IMG/VR virus record: IMGVR_UViG_3300036716_000305
Location: 1 to 52,777 of that record
Reading direction: 5' to 3' (one strand)
Length of the DNA: 52,777 bases
From: a virus
Lineage: Duplodnaviria > Caudoviricetes
The position numbers were made by a program, and so were the translations under genes. The notes beneath the pieces were generated by a model. The model was given only the letters and a program-made list of their open reading frames with translations. It had not been told where the DNA came from and made no database searches. How positions within the stretch are numbered: position 1 is the first letter of the stretch; every line of letters begins with the position of its first letter. This document shows positions 9,676-20,400 of the stretch, piece after piece.

Positions 9676-10261
9676 TTTTGACCTTGGCGAATTCATTCCG
9701 CCAGTTAAGTATGACAATACACGACTTCTTAGTTTTTTAAAAGAGAAGGAAGACCTGAGACTTGAGGGTTATCACGCAACAAAGGATGAGGCAAAAGACG
9801 AACTAGTGACTGTTGGTTGGGGCTCTACTAGGCGTGTTGGACTTGGCGACAAGATTACAGAAGAGCAAGCTGAAGAGTTTTTTAAACAAGATGTTGGTGA
9901 TGCTGAAGGGCATATTCGAGATCTTGTTAAAGTACCACTTAACGATAACCAAAGAATGGCTCTTGTGTCCTTGGTCATGAATATTGGTAGACAGAGACTG
10001 TTAGATTCAAAAGCTTTAAAGAATCTAAACAATGGAGATTACAAAGGCTTCTTATTTGAAGCTAATGATCCAGCAATGGGTTTTGTAAAGGACAGGAAAG
10101 GTGGCGAGATACTTGGCGGACTTCTAAAAAGAAGAGACGATGAAGGGAAGATGTTTAATGGAACCCTTTGGCCAGAAGAAGAGCGTGACTGGCAGAAAGA
10201 GAACTTGGGAGCGTTTGACACAACAAACGACAGGTTCGACGAATTATATTTAGGAAACTAG
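9668..10261 (+). CDS. Phage lysozyme (GH24-like muramidase)
   Basis: EDLRLEGY...VTVGWG, ITEEQAE, VKVPLNDNQ..ALVSL..NIG, GLLKRR. Confidence 0.88.
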   Translation: MSDFDLGEFIPPVKYDNTRLLSFLKEKEDLRLEGYHATKDEAKDELVTVGWGSTRRVGLGDKITEEQAEEFFKQDVGDAEGHIRDLVKVPLNDNQRMALVSLVMNIGRQRLLDSKALKNLNNGDYKGFLFEANDPAMGFVKDRKGGEILGGLLKRRDDEGKMFNGTLWPEEERDWQKENLGAFDTTNDRFDELYLGN

Positions 10262-10268
10262 GAGACCT

Positions 10269-10982
10269 ATGCTAAATACAAAAACAAAGATTTATGACGG
10301 TGTTACATTCGATATGAGCACTGGAGATGTTATTAGTCACGGTAAGGTTTCTTACGTTGATAGTAACAAGGTGGCTTACACAAAAGGTGGAGACACTACA
10401 CAAACGACTACGATGGACCCTGCATTAACAGCGGCAGCAACAAAGATGCTTGGCCACGCAAGTACCGCTTACGAAAATGGTGAGCTTGGTGGTGTTGCTG
10501 AGTTAAATCCATTAGCACAACAAGCAATTGACCAAGCAGGTGGTGTTGCATCTAATCAAGACCAATTAGCAGCCAACATGATGGCTCAGGCTAACCAAGG
10601 CGTTGACCTATCAGGCATGAAGACTAAGTACTCACTTGAGGCTCAACAAGCTCTTGGTGGAAACGCAATGGGCGCTTCTGCAACTGGAACTATGGGTGGT
10701 CAAAGAGAAAGGTTTAACCAAGCCGGTATTCAGAACAATCTTGCAGCTAATTTTGCAAGTGTTGACCAGACGGCAGCACAGCAGAACATGGCATTCAACC
10801 AAGCGGCTCAAGCAGCTCAAAGCACTGGAATTCAAACATTAGGTCAGGTTGGACAAGCTCAACAGACTTATAACCAACAAGTGGCTGACGCGGAAGGCAA
10901 AGCTTTGGAGCAATACGCTCAAACATTTGGTCAGGCTGGCAACTCATTCGGTAAAACTGTTACGCAGACCGGAGGTAAGTAA
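10269..10982 (+). CDS. Internal virion / DNA ejection (pilot-like) protein
   Basis: A/Q/G-rich, ends TQTGGK; located between tail genes and large ejection proteins. Confidence 0.6.
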   Translation: MLNTKTKIYDGVTFDMSTGDVISHGKVSYVDSNKVAYTKGGDTTQTTTMDPALTAAATKMLGHASTAYENGELGGVAELNPLAQQAIDQAGGVASNQDQLAANMMAQANQGVDLSGMKTKYSLEAQQALGGNAMGASATGTMGGQRERFNQAGIQNNLAANFASVDQTAAQQNMAFNQAAQAAQSTGIQTLGQVGQAQQTYNQQVADAEGKALEQYAQTFGQAGNSFGKTVTQTGGK

Positions 10983-11257
10983 TGAACTGGTCAGACCTTG
11001 ACCTTGGCTCAGTTTTTGACTATAAAAAATTAGCCGAGATGAAGATGGACGATGAGGTTGTTAAGGGTGTCACTAATAGTGATATTGCAACTAGCGGTAT
11101 TGGAGCATTGAACTCTGGCAACTGGGGACAAGCTGCGGCTGGACTAGCTGGTAAAGCTGCTGGAACTGCTGTGTTAGGACCAGTCGGTGGTATGGTAGGT
11201 GGAGCTGTAGCTAGTTATTTGACACAAGGTCCACAGCCAATGACTATATGGGATTAA
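10982..11257 (+). CDS. Small glycine-zipper virion protein
   Basis: GxxxG repeats AGLAGKAAGTAVLGPVGGMVGGAV. Confidence 0.6.
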   Translation: MNWSDLDLGSVFDYKKLAEMKMDDEVVKGVTNSDIATSGIGALNSGNWGQAAAGLAGKAAGTAVLGPVGGMVGGAVASYLTQGPQPMTIWD

Positions 11258-11267
11258 GGAGAGTGTT

Positions 11268-13379
11268 ATGACACCAGAAGAATTAGAAAGATTAAAGATG
11301 GAAGGTATCAAAGGATATCTTTCAGGAAACCTCTCACAATCAAGAACAGCTGAGATTTCAAATGCTGTACAAGAAGGTTCGGTAAAACAAGTAACCAGTC
11401 AAACCTCAGCATTTGATCTAAGCCCAGAAAACAGATTTACACCAATGATTGCAGCACAAGCTAATAACAAAGGTGTGAACACAGAAAACCTTGAAACAGG
11501 GAAAATATCTGATTCAATATTTGACCAGATAGGAAAATGGTGGGACGGAGATAAGGCAACTAGTGCTGTAGCAGAATCTCAACCAACGTTTCGACTTAAC
11601 CCAGAAGCAAACAGAGCAGCATTTGATGCGTTGAACGAAAAGTATCCATCAGCTAACTTTAATATGTACCTCCCGGATGTAGACTGGTCTAGTCCAGAGG
11701 CAGAGGCGAAGTTTCAAGCTACTGTTCCAGATAACCTTGCAGTAGACCCTAGAGGGACAAAAGAAGGTATAGTTGTCAATACTACTAACGCTGAGTCTGA
11801 GTTGGTAAACCCTAGAGTCACGGCAAGACAGAACGTTCAAGAAAGAGACGCAGCTGTGAAAGCGGATGTGCAAGCATTTGAAGACGTTTTTGGAGAGAGT
11901 GGCGGTGATGTTCGTGCAGAATATAATGAACATAAAGACACTATTGAAGCTCTAAGCGGACTACAAGAGAGATATAATGCTCTGACCCCTGCTCAACAGA
12001 AAGGTCGTGTTGGATTGGGATTATTAAAGAGGATTGAAGACCTTTCGGTTAATAAAAGCGAAATAGAAGAAAGTATTTTTGAAACTGAAGAGGCTGTATA
12101 TTCTACTAAGGTTGATACTAAGCAGAAAGAAGAAGCCAAACCAGCGGCCACAAAAGAAGAGGTTTATAGCGGTTTAGGCGATGCAGCAAAGAGCTATCAA
12201 GTTCACACCGACGCAGGTGATGCTGAGGGTCAGGCGAATGTTGAAAATGGAATCATTAAAGAGATCGAGAGAAACAAAGGCGACGAAGGCTTCTTAGACA
12301 AACTAAACTCTTGGATTGTAGATAACCCTGCATTAGCCAGTGGTATCGGAAATGCCCTTGTTGGTTTTATTTCAACAGGTAGCGCCTATAAAGCTTTAGG
12401 TCTTGGTATTCAAGGCTATATAAATGGTGTTGGCAAGGCTGACGCAGACAAGAAGGCATGGGACAAGATTGGTAGAGACTTGATGATTGATGATGGAGCC
12501 ACACCGGCTTCTGTCAAGAAATATCTAAAGACTCAGAACATTGAGGACCTTGTATTCTCTAAAGCGCCTCCTGAGATTAAATCAGACTCTCACGGCTCTA
12601 AGTGGGTTGGCGGAAGAAGGTATGAGTTTTGGAATACCCAGCAAGGTATATGGATTAGAAACCCTAATGGAACAGGTTATATTCCAGCAAAGTATTTGTC
12701 TGAGGACTTTCAAAGGTATCCAGACTTTGACAAATCAATACACACAAAGAAAGGTAGAGATGAAGCTCAAAATCAATATGCCAAGGAACAAGCCAACATT
12801 GTAAGCAATGTTATGATAGATTCTGGAGTGCCAACTCATAAGGCAAACGCTCTTCATACAAACCATATTGGAAACGCAATAGATTCGCTACGCACAGCAT
12901 ACGGGCTTGACTTTACAGACCCAGCAACCAGAAACGCTGCTGGCATGGCGATGCAGAGCCATGTTAACTCTGAGGCCGCTAGGTGGCATACCTTTAAAGA
13001 TAAGCACGATGAAAAGGAATATCACAAGTTCAAGTGGGATACTAACTATAAAGCCGCTATTGAGAAAGGGATGATTAAACAGCAGCTTGCTAGTAACTCT
13101 CTTCCACAGGAGATATTGCTTAACAAGGATGGCGAAGTTGACAAGAAAGGTACTTCAAAGTTGTACAGGAAGATTAACAACTTTATTAACCACCCAGACA
13201 ACAAAGGAAAGACGCAAAACCTTGGTTCTGCAATTAAAACCATTTATAACGAATGGGTTACAGAGGTTCATGGTGGAAACAAAGAAAACGCTTTGAAGCA
13301 CAACAAGGGAGAAAGTGCATTTTTAAGGTGGGCTGATGAACACGCAGACTTTGTGATTGAACCACCTGAAGACAAATAG
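11268..13379 (+). CDS. Internal virion / ejection protein
   Basis: 703-aa ORF with AGGAG RBS in the ejection block; one Gly-rich hydrophobic stretch. Confidence 0.55.
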   Translation: MTPEELERLKMEGIKGYLSGNLSQSRTAEISNAVQEGSVKQVTSQTSAFDLSPENRFTPMIAAQANNKGVNTENLETGKISDSIFDQIGKWWDGDKATSAVAESQPTFRLNPEANRAAFDALNEKYPSANFNMYLPDVDWSSPEAEAKFQATVPDNLAVDPRGTKEGIVVNTTNAESELVNPRVTARQNVQERDAAVKADVQAFEDVFGESGGDVRAEYNEHKDTIEALSGLQERYNALTPAQQKGRVGLGLLKRIEDLSVNKSEIEESIFETEEAVYSTKVDTKQKEEAKPAATKEEVYSGLGDAAKSYQVHTDAGDAEGQANVENGIIKEIERNKGDEGFLDKLNSWIVDNPALASGIGNALVGFISTGSAYKALGLGIQGYINGVGKADADKKAWDKIGRDLMIDDGATPASVKKYLKTQNIEDLVFSKAPPEIKSDSHGSKWVGGRRYEFWNTQQGIWIRNPNGTGYIPAKYLSEDFQRYPDFDKSIHTKKGRDEAQNQYAKEQANIVSNVMIDSGVPTHKANALHTNHIGNAIDSLRTAYGLDFTDPATRNAAGMAMQSHVNSEAARWHTFKDKHDEKEYHKFKWDTNYKAAIEKGMIKQQLASNSLPQEILLNKDGEVDKKGTSKLYRKINNFINHPDNKGKTQNLGSAIKTIYNEWVTEVHGGNKENALKHNKGESAFLRWADEHADFVIEPPEDK

Positions 13380-13402
13380 GCAACACTAATACCGGAGAAT
13401 AC

Positions 13403-16400
13403 ATGGCAAACATTAATCTAGCAGCGCGTGATGACACCTTTATTGATACAGAGGTTGGCAAATATGCCTTTATTGATAACGATACAATTAAAAATGATGA
13501 GGGACACTCTGTTAGACTAAAAGGCTTAGCAGGTCCAGAGACATCAAAGTTTCTTAAGCACGATGGACTGTTTGGCGATGAGTACTCTATATCTTCCGGT
13601 CAATACAAGGGAGACCTTAAGACAAAACAAGTAGGTCAGATTGCAAATGAAGGTGGGTACAACAAGCTTGTACTCACTGGCAATCAAACTCATGGAAGAG
13701 ATGAGGGTGACCTTGTGAACGAGGAGGGTCAAACACTCTCTGACAGGCTTATATTCGAGGGCATTATTGACCCAGCAACTAATGAGGGCCTAAAGAAAAG
13801 CGAGCTTGGAAGAATACATAGAGCATTAAGTGGCGAAGGTGATGACATATACTCTCAGGCACGTGCAGAGGAAGCTCAGAAAGATAGAGAGCAGTTTATT
13901 GGCTGGAAAGGGCAAGCCATTGATGAACAAGACCTTATGGAGTACAATCAAGCAAGAGGCTTGGTCTCTGACGGTACTTGGGGTCAGTATGTTCAAAACT
14001 CAGTTCAATTCAGGTCTAACGATAGAGATATAAACAACCAAGCAAACAGTGCATTCTCTACAGGTCTTGAATCAGGTCTTAATAACATCGCCTCGTCTGC
14101 TTATGGCTTTGCCAGCCTTATTGGAGATATGGTTAATAATGAAGAGTTGTTCGACTGGGGTCAAAGAAATGCAGAGCATTATGAGATTGAGAATGAACAG
14201 TTAGGTCATTATGTAAATACTATTGGAGATGTTGATAGTCTTGTAGACTTTGGAAGATACACAGCTGGAATGTCTGGACAGATGATTCCGTATCTTGTTG
14301 GCTTATTTGGCGCTACAGTTGGTGGTATTGCAGTTGGTACTGCTACTGGTGTAGCCGCTCTAGGAACAGGTATAGCTGTTGGTATCCCTTCAATTATCTA
14401 TGCTGGTGAATCATACCAAGGAATGGAAGGAGACATGACTGAGCGCGGTGTTGGCTGGGCTTTGTCAGCAGGTGTTGCTGCGACTCTTTTAGATAGGGCT
14501 GGACTAAGAGGTATGCTAGATGTTAAAGACGTCTTGTCAAAAGATATTACTGAGCAATTAGTAAAGTCATATGCAGCTAAACAAAACATACCTGTAGATA
14601 AGGCAAGAACATTTTTACAACACCAAGCCAATGCAAGAGTTGTTAGTGCTTATGCAAAACTCAATGGTATTGGATTCGCTGAAGCTAAAAAGAAGATTGG
14701 AGACATAACTGCTGACATTCAACAAGAATTGATTAAGTTCTTAGGAGACAAGGCGTCACTAACACTTAACAAAAGACTTTTGGCTAAGCAAGCAGCTAAA
14801 TCTTTTGGAACTTCTGGTGTTAAAGAGTCATTCACAGAGATGGGTCAAGAGGGTTCTATATACGCATCACAGGTTTTAGGTTCTCAAAAAGAATTTAATT
14901 CTGACGAGTTGCAAGACATCCTTATAAACTCAGCTACTGGTGGCTTTATACTTGGTGGCGGCATTGGTGGATTCCACGGAACTGGGTCATCTTACGCTAA
15001 ATTTCAACAAGCCAAAAGAAACATAAGTGTTTCAGATGGGTTTCATGATAGAAACTTTTATGGAAACAACACAGAGGTTAACTATCAGACTATAGTTGAT
15101 CTGGCTGACAAGGAGTTTGAAAGAATCAAGGCAGAAAATCCTGATGTAGATATTGATGTTACAAAAGAAGGTGAGAAAGATTATAAAGAGGGAACTCTAC
15201 TAGACTCTGTTAAAGAGAAAGGCGTAGTTAAAACAGCCAAAGAGTTTCCCGGTAGGTTTGCTAGAAAGTTTGGTGAGATTATTCAAGATAAGGCAGACGG
15301 CCTGTCTGATGACGCCAAGTTTACTTTGTTTACATTGCTAGATAACTTTGCTCCATCTAATACATCACATATGGCTGGAGTAAACTTTGGAAAGCTAAAA
15401 AGATCTTTGATTGGAAGTCTGAATAGAGAGGTTGGTAATATAGAAGCTAAGCTTATTGCCAAGATAGGAAAGAGGGTCAACAAAAAGTCTAAGCAAGATG
15501 TTTCTGATATGCTAGTTGCATTTCAAAGACTTCAAGAGAAGAAAGGTGAAGAGCCACTTACTGCTAAAGACCTTCCTGAGAATCTTAAGCCACATTTAGA
15601 TGAATTGCACGATGCTAGCAATAAGATAAATCAAGCCACAGACACTCTTCTTCAGATTGTTGAAAGACAAACAGGTACAAAGGTTGGAAGACAGGGTAAT
15701 TACTTTAGTAATGCTGTTCAGTTAGATATTGATAAGATAATCAAAAAGAAAGCTAAGTTCATTCAAGATGTTTTAATAATTCATTTAGGAATGACTCAAG
15801 CTGACGCTTTGCAGTTTTATGATGACCTTGTTAACAGTCCTAAAGGGTACGACCCAGAAAAGCTAAAAGAACTTGGGTTTAAAAACACATCAGGTCCTCA
15901 GAATCTAAAGAGAGCAAATGCTGGTCTTAAGAATTTTAAAGATATTGATGAGTTTACTTATGACAATAAGTTTGACCAGTTGGTTGGTATAGTTGAGAAC
16001 AATATTAACTACGCCATTGATACTAAGTATCTTGGAAAGAACAATGAGAAGTTAGACAAGGCTCTTCAGGTGCTTAAACAACAGATGGGAGACCAGTGGG
16101 ATCCTAGAATTGCAACTTGGATTAAAGATTCAATTGCTGCTGAAAGAGGTGATTACAAGCCTGTTAAGAATAAGTACCTAAGAGAAATGCAATCTTGGAT
16201 ATCTTGGTATAACGCCACTACTCAGCTAAACACAACTCTTCTAGCGTCACTACCAGAGCTAGGTATGGTTATGTTTGGAAAGAGAGCTAAGTCAAACAAC
16301 GAGTTAATATTAGACGCCACAAAAGGTGTTAGTGGTAAATGGTTGCATGACTTTAGAAGAATGAAGTCTAAAGTTCTTAAAAACTCTGGCTTCAGTGAGG

Positions 16401-17428
16401 AGAGTGAGAATAGAGCTGTAGAAGATTTTTACAGATATCAATACGCTCACGGCTCTCAAGGTGCTGTAGCTCAGTTTGATATTGAGATGGGTAATGGCAG
16501 GTCTAGGAAGTTTAGAGAGAAGACTTTAGAGGCTTTCTTTAAGCTTAACCTCCTAGGACCATTTACAGACGGAACTCGTATCGCTCGACTAGCTATGGCG
16601 GTTGATGCCATCTTTAGTGATATAGAGATTATGATAAATCACTACAACGGTTCCCAAAGGGTTTCCAATTATGCAGCTGACGCTTTTGCTAGGCTGAGAG
16701 ATTTAAATGTAAATCCTACGGATATCTCTAAAAGGTATGATAAGCTTGTAAATAATATGAAGAATGACCCTATGGTCGACAAAACAGACGCACAGTCTAT
16801 TCATGAGTATATCGTAAAGAACGACCCAGAGTTGTTAGAAATACTAGATATTGCACGTAAAAGTTACGTTGACAACGCTCTAGCAAACCCTAACCCTGTT
16901 GACAGGCCTTTATGGTATTCTAATCAGCACTTTAGATTGATGACACAGTACAATGGTTTTCTTTCAACATTTTCTTCTCATATTCTACCAAGAGTGTGGA
17001 GAGAGATTAAGCAAGGAAACCCTTCAGCAAGATACAACGCTGTAGCTGCTGTAGCTGGTATGATGGCTCTTGGTTTTATTGGTCAGTCACTTAAAGATGA
17101 GGTTGATAGAGAGGGTGAAACACCTGAAACTTTAACTGAAATGGGATTCTACCAGAGAGGAATAACAGCATCAGGCTTGTTAGGAACTTCTGAAAGGTTC
17201 TTAAACATTGTCCACCCTTTATATAGGTCTTATGAAACAGTTCCAGAACAAATGTTTGATGAGATTGCAGGACCAACATCTGGATCTGCTGGAAAGATAT
17301 ACAGGGCTTTAGAAACAATAGCTGAAGGTAACAACCTAAGGCCAGTGCAATACGGTAAGTTGACTCCTTATGGATCCACTTTGAACTCGTGGAGCAATAT
17401 AGGAAACAATATCATTGGAGATAAATAA
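13403..17428 (+). CDS. Large ejection protein with N-terminal thermonuclease (SNase)-like domain
   Basis: 1341 aa; IDNDTI...VRLKGLAGPE...HGR...G.TLS..LI.EG resembles SNase; TM-like Gly-rich segments; C-terminal LMTQYNGF region reminiscent of T7 gp16-like proteins. Confidence 0.6.
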   Translation: MANINLAARDDTFIDTEVGKYAFIDNDTIKNDEGHSVRLKGLAGPETSKFLKHDGLFGDEYSISSGQYKGDLKTKQVGQIANEGGYNKLVLTGNQTHGRDEGDLVNEEGQTLSDRLIFEGIIDPATNEGLKKSELGRIHRALSGEGDDIYSQARAEEAQKDREQFIGWKGQAIDEQDLMEYNQARGLVSDGTWGQYVQNSVQFRSNDRDINNQANSAFSTGLESGLNNIASSAYGFASLIGDMVNNEELFDWGQRNAEHYEIENEQLGHYVNTIGDVDSLVDFGRYTAGMSGQMIPYLVGLFGATVGGIAVGTATGVAALGTGIAVGIPSIIYAGESYQGMEGDMTERGVGWALSAGVAATLLDRAGLRGMLDVKDVLSKDITEQLVKSYAAKQNIPVDKARTFLQHQANARVVSAYAKLNGIGFAEAKKKIGDITADIQQELIKFLGDKASLTLNKRLLAKQAAKSFGTSGVKESFTEMGQEGSIYASQVLGSQKEFNSDELQDILINSATGGFILGGGIGGFHGTGSSYAKFQQAKRNISVSDGFHDRNFYGNNTEVNYQTIVDLADKEFERIKAENPDVDIDVTKEGEKDYKEGTLLDSVKEKGVVKTAKEFPGRFARKFGEIIQDKADGLSDDAKFTLFTLLDNFAPSNTSHMAGVNFGKLKRSLIGSLNREVGNIEAKLIAKIGKRVNKKSKQDVSDMLVAFQRLQEKKGEEPLTAKDLPENLKPHLDELHDASNKINQATDTLLQIVERQTGTKVGRQGNYFSNAVQLDIDKIIKKKAKFIQDVLIIHLGMTQADALQFYDDLVNSPKGYDPEKLKELGFKNTSGPQNLKRANAGLKNFKDIDEFTYDNKFDQLVGIVENNINYAIDTKYLGKNNEKLDKALQVLKQQMGDQWDPRIATWIKDSIAAERGDYKPVKNKYLREMQSWISWYNATTQLNTTLLASLPELGMVMFGKRAKSNNELILDATKGVSGKWLHDFRRMKSKVLKNSGFSEESENRAVEDFYRYQYAHGSQGAVAQFDIEMGNGRSRKFREKTLEAFFKLNLLGPFTDGTRIARLAMAVDAIFSDIEIMINHYNGSQRVSNYAADAFARLRDLNVNPTDISKRYDKLVNNMKNDPMVDKTDAQSIHEYIVKNDPELLEILDIARKSYVDNALANPNPVDRPLWYSNQHFRLMTQYNGFLSTFSSHILPRVWREIKQGNPSARYNAVAAVAGMMALGFIGQSLKDEVDREGETPETLTEMGFYQRGITASGLLGTSERFLNIVHPLYRSYETVPEQMFDEIAGPTSGSAGKIYRALETIAEGNNLRPVQYGKLTPYGSTLNSWSNIGNNIIGDK

Positions 17429-20400
17429 TGTCAAAGTTTAATATTAATCTAGGATTAAGGGATAAACAAAACCTTAGTGCAGAGAATGTGGCAAGTGCCA
17501 ATGCAGTGCTGGAGAGGATGAGCCGAACAGCCTCAGCAAAGAACCCTCAGGATGATGCTTATGCAGGTCTTGAGGGGACTGAGGTTCCATATAGTGAAGA
17601 GCTTAACAATGTGCTTACTAGGACTGTTAATAGAACAAAGAAAGACTTACCAACAGATGACCTTGCTCAAAACCCAGCTGTCTACGCTGGGACGCTCAAT
17701 CAAATCAATCAGGCAGAGGATAATCTTAACACTACAGACCTTGGCATTAACCCCTCAAGCGACATCAAAGGTCCTTTTGCTGAGGGTGCAAACCAATCTC
17801 CTGAGGAGGCTCTTAATACAGCAGCCGCTGGGAACTTAAGAACTATGGAGACCGGTGAATGGGTAGAGAATTTCGCACCTGAGTGGACTGGTCAGTCTAA
17901 GGCGCTTATGCACGACCAAGTAGAGTCGTTTCTTGGCTACTCTGCTGAGGTAAACAAAAACGCTCAAAAGCTGTCAATTGGGTTAACAGGGCCTCAAAGA
18001 ATAGCGTTTAGTCGGAACTTGGCTGAAGAGAACGGATTAGACCCTAACTCTGTTGGTGAATACCTTAATGGATTTATTGTAAACTACGCACACCTTCAAG
18101 AAAAGGGCGTACCTCAAGCTCTTACAGATATCCATATGGCTGCGATGCTACACGTTGGTATGGAGAACAAATGGATGTCTGCACAGACTAAAGAACAAAG
18201 GGATGTCTTACAACCCGGACAGGTTGCTGTAGACTATGAAACTGAGCTTGGAGCGTCATCTCGTACAGATGAAAAGGTTGGTAGGTTAATACACAAAACA
18301 CTTGGTATTCAATCTGACTCAAAGATGGACGTGATTGGAGGAGCTATAGCTAGAAAGCTAGTTGTAGATACTCATGGTGGTGATAAACTATGGGGAGTAG
18401 CCAGAATAGCCACATCCAAAAGAGATGATCAAGGGGTTCAGCATACAGCAAATGTTTCTGTTTTAACCAGAGAGGGTGTTGCTAAAGCCAAGTCGATGAG
18501 GGGATTGATTGAAACAATGATACCGTCAACCCTTAAAGAGCCTAGGTTTACTCGTACAGAAGAGCCAGCAAACTTTGTAAGGCCATCTAAAGGAGATCCA
18601 AAGAAAGACTATGGAAGGTTTAAGTTTGTAAACAAAACCATAGATATTCTTGATAACACACCCGGAAGAGCGTCAACGCTTGTAGCTAATGTTCTCAATA
18701 TCATTCAAGATACTAAAGCCTTTCAAGAAGAGGGTTTCTTAAATATCAAGAAAGATGGAAAGGGCGGAGAGAAGACTGTTCAACTGGATGAGGCTACTGG
18801 ACAGTACAAGCCATACAAGGGTAACGAGATAAAAAGAAGAGCTGCAAACAATGAGATAGCGTTCGCCTTTCATATGAACAATGCCTTTTCGTATAATGAC
18901 CACTTCTTAGGGACTAACAACAGGTTCTATGCTAGAGGCGTTCATTTTAACGGAGCTAGTGTTGGAAACTATCAGGCAACCAAGTCCGCTAGAGCTATGC
19001 TTGAAGGGCTCCCTGTCGAGTACAATATAGATCCAAACCCAGCAGGAAACAGCAAAGATGGAAGTAATGATCTTCAGAATCTTAAGGCTGGAATCATGAA
19101 GAAGTTTGGAAAGCCATACAGTACAACACGATATGGAGTTAGAGAAGCTGCAATGGTGTTTGATAAGAGGGTTGCATACTGGGCAGAGTTAATGAAAGAT
19201 GATGCCGCTATCCATCAGAACAAAGAGGAAATTGCACAAGAAGCTATTAGAGAGTTTGCAGATGAGCATAACAATAAAGGTGAGGGCGAAGGCTACATGG
19301 CTGTTAGTGCAATGGTTGAGGCCGTTAAGCTTCACCAAGCTATGCAGGTAAACAAAAATAGAGCGAGAGCTGGCCAAAAGGCACTTACTTATCGGTCTGG
19401 TTTTTATACAGAGATTGATGGTATCGCTAATGGTATTGGTCATAATACATTACAAGGTGGTGGGTCTGAGCTTATCCAAAGGGCGGTTGGACTATACTCT
19501 CCAAAAGAGTTGGCGCAAGTTGCAAAAGATGTTAAAGATGGCATTCACAACCCTGATGATGTATATGAGTTAACAACGGATGGTGCTATAGCGGCCTTAA
19601 CAAGCAAAGGTTGGAACGATGAAAGACAAGCAAAGGTAGATGCAGTTCTTTCCTTGTTCACACTTGACCGTGGTTTCGGTAAGAAGCCAATGATGATCTT
19701 TGGTTATGGCGCTCGTGAGGCAAGGATACTAGATGCTGTTGGTGATTGGGTTGATGAGCAGATAAACAAAGACCCTGATTTGGCGAGAGCTATCGCAGAC
19801 TCGGGTGTTATTAACTTGGAAGATGTTAAGCAAATTCTTGGATGGGGAGCTAACAGCGCTGTAGAGGAGACGTTCACATCTGTCAAGCTTCTGAATTCGT
19901 TTATGCAAGAAACTGCACAGATTGCAATCAATGCTGGCTTAGAACCTTGGTTTACTATGAGAGAGGGTCATCGCATTAACTTTGGTGAGTTTATAGATGA
20001 AATAATCCCGGGCGCAGGAATTCCTATAAGATATCAAGAGGGTAATAGGGTAGGAGACGACATGAATGTCACAGCCTATCCTAGATTTAGAGGTATTCAG
20101 GGCAAGAGTAACAAGTCTGTTACACAGGCTGGAGTTCTTCCAACACAGGCTCAGGATGGTATTAATATCGGAACCTCTTTTCAAAACATGGAGAGATACT
20201 TCGCCAAGCGTGGTAATGCTAGAAAAGGAGCTGGAGGTCACCAAGTGTTTGATGGTATCTTTATGACACCTAAAGACGCTCCAAAGTGGGCAAAAACTCT
20301 AAATGATGACTTTTACGACATCAACAAAAGCTTTAGTTTTGCTCAAGAGTTTTACGACCAGTTGATGACTGAAGCAGCATTTAGAAATGCAGACAAAAAG

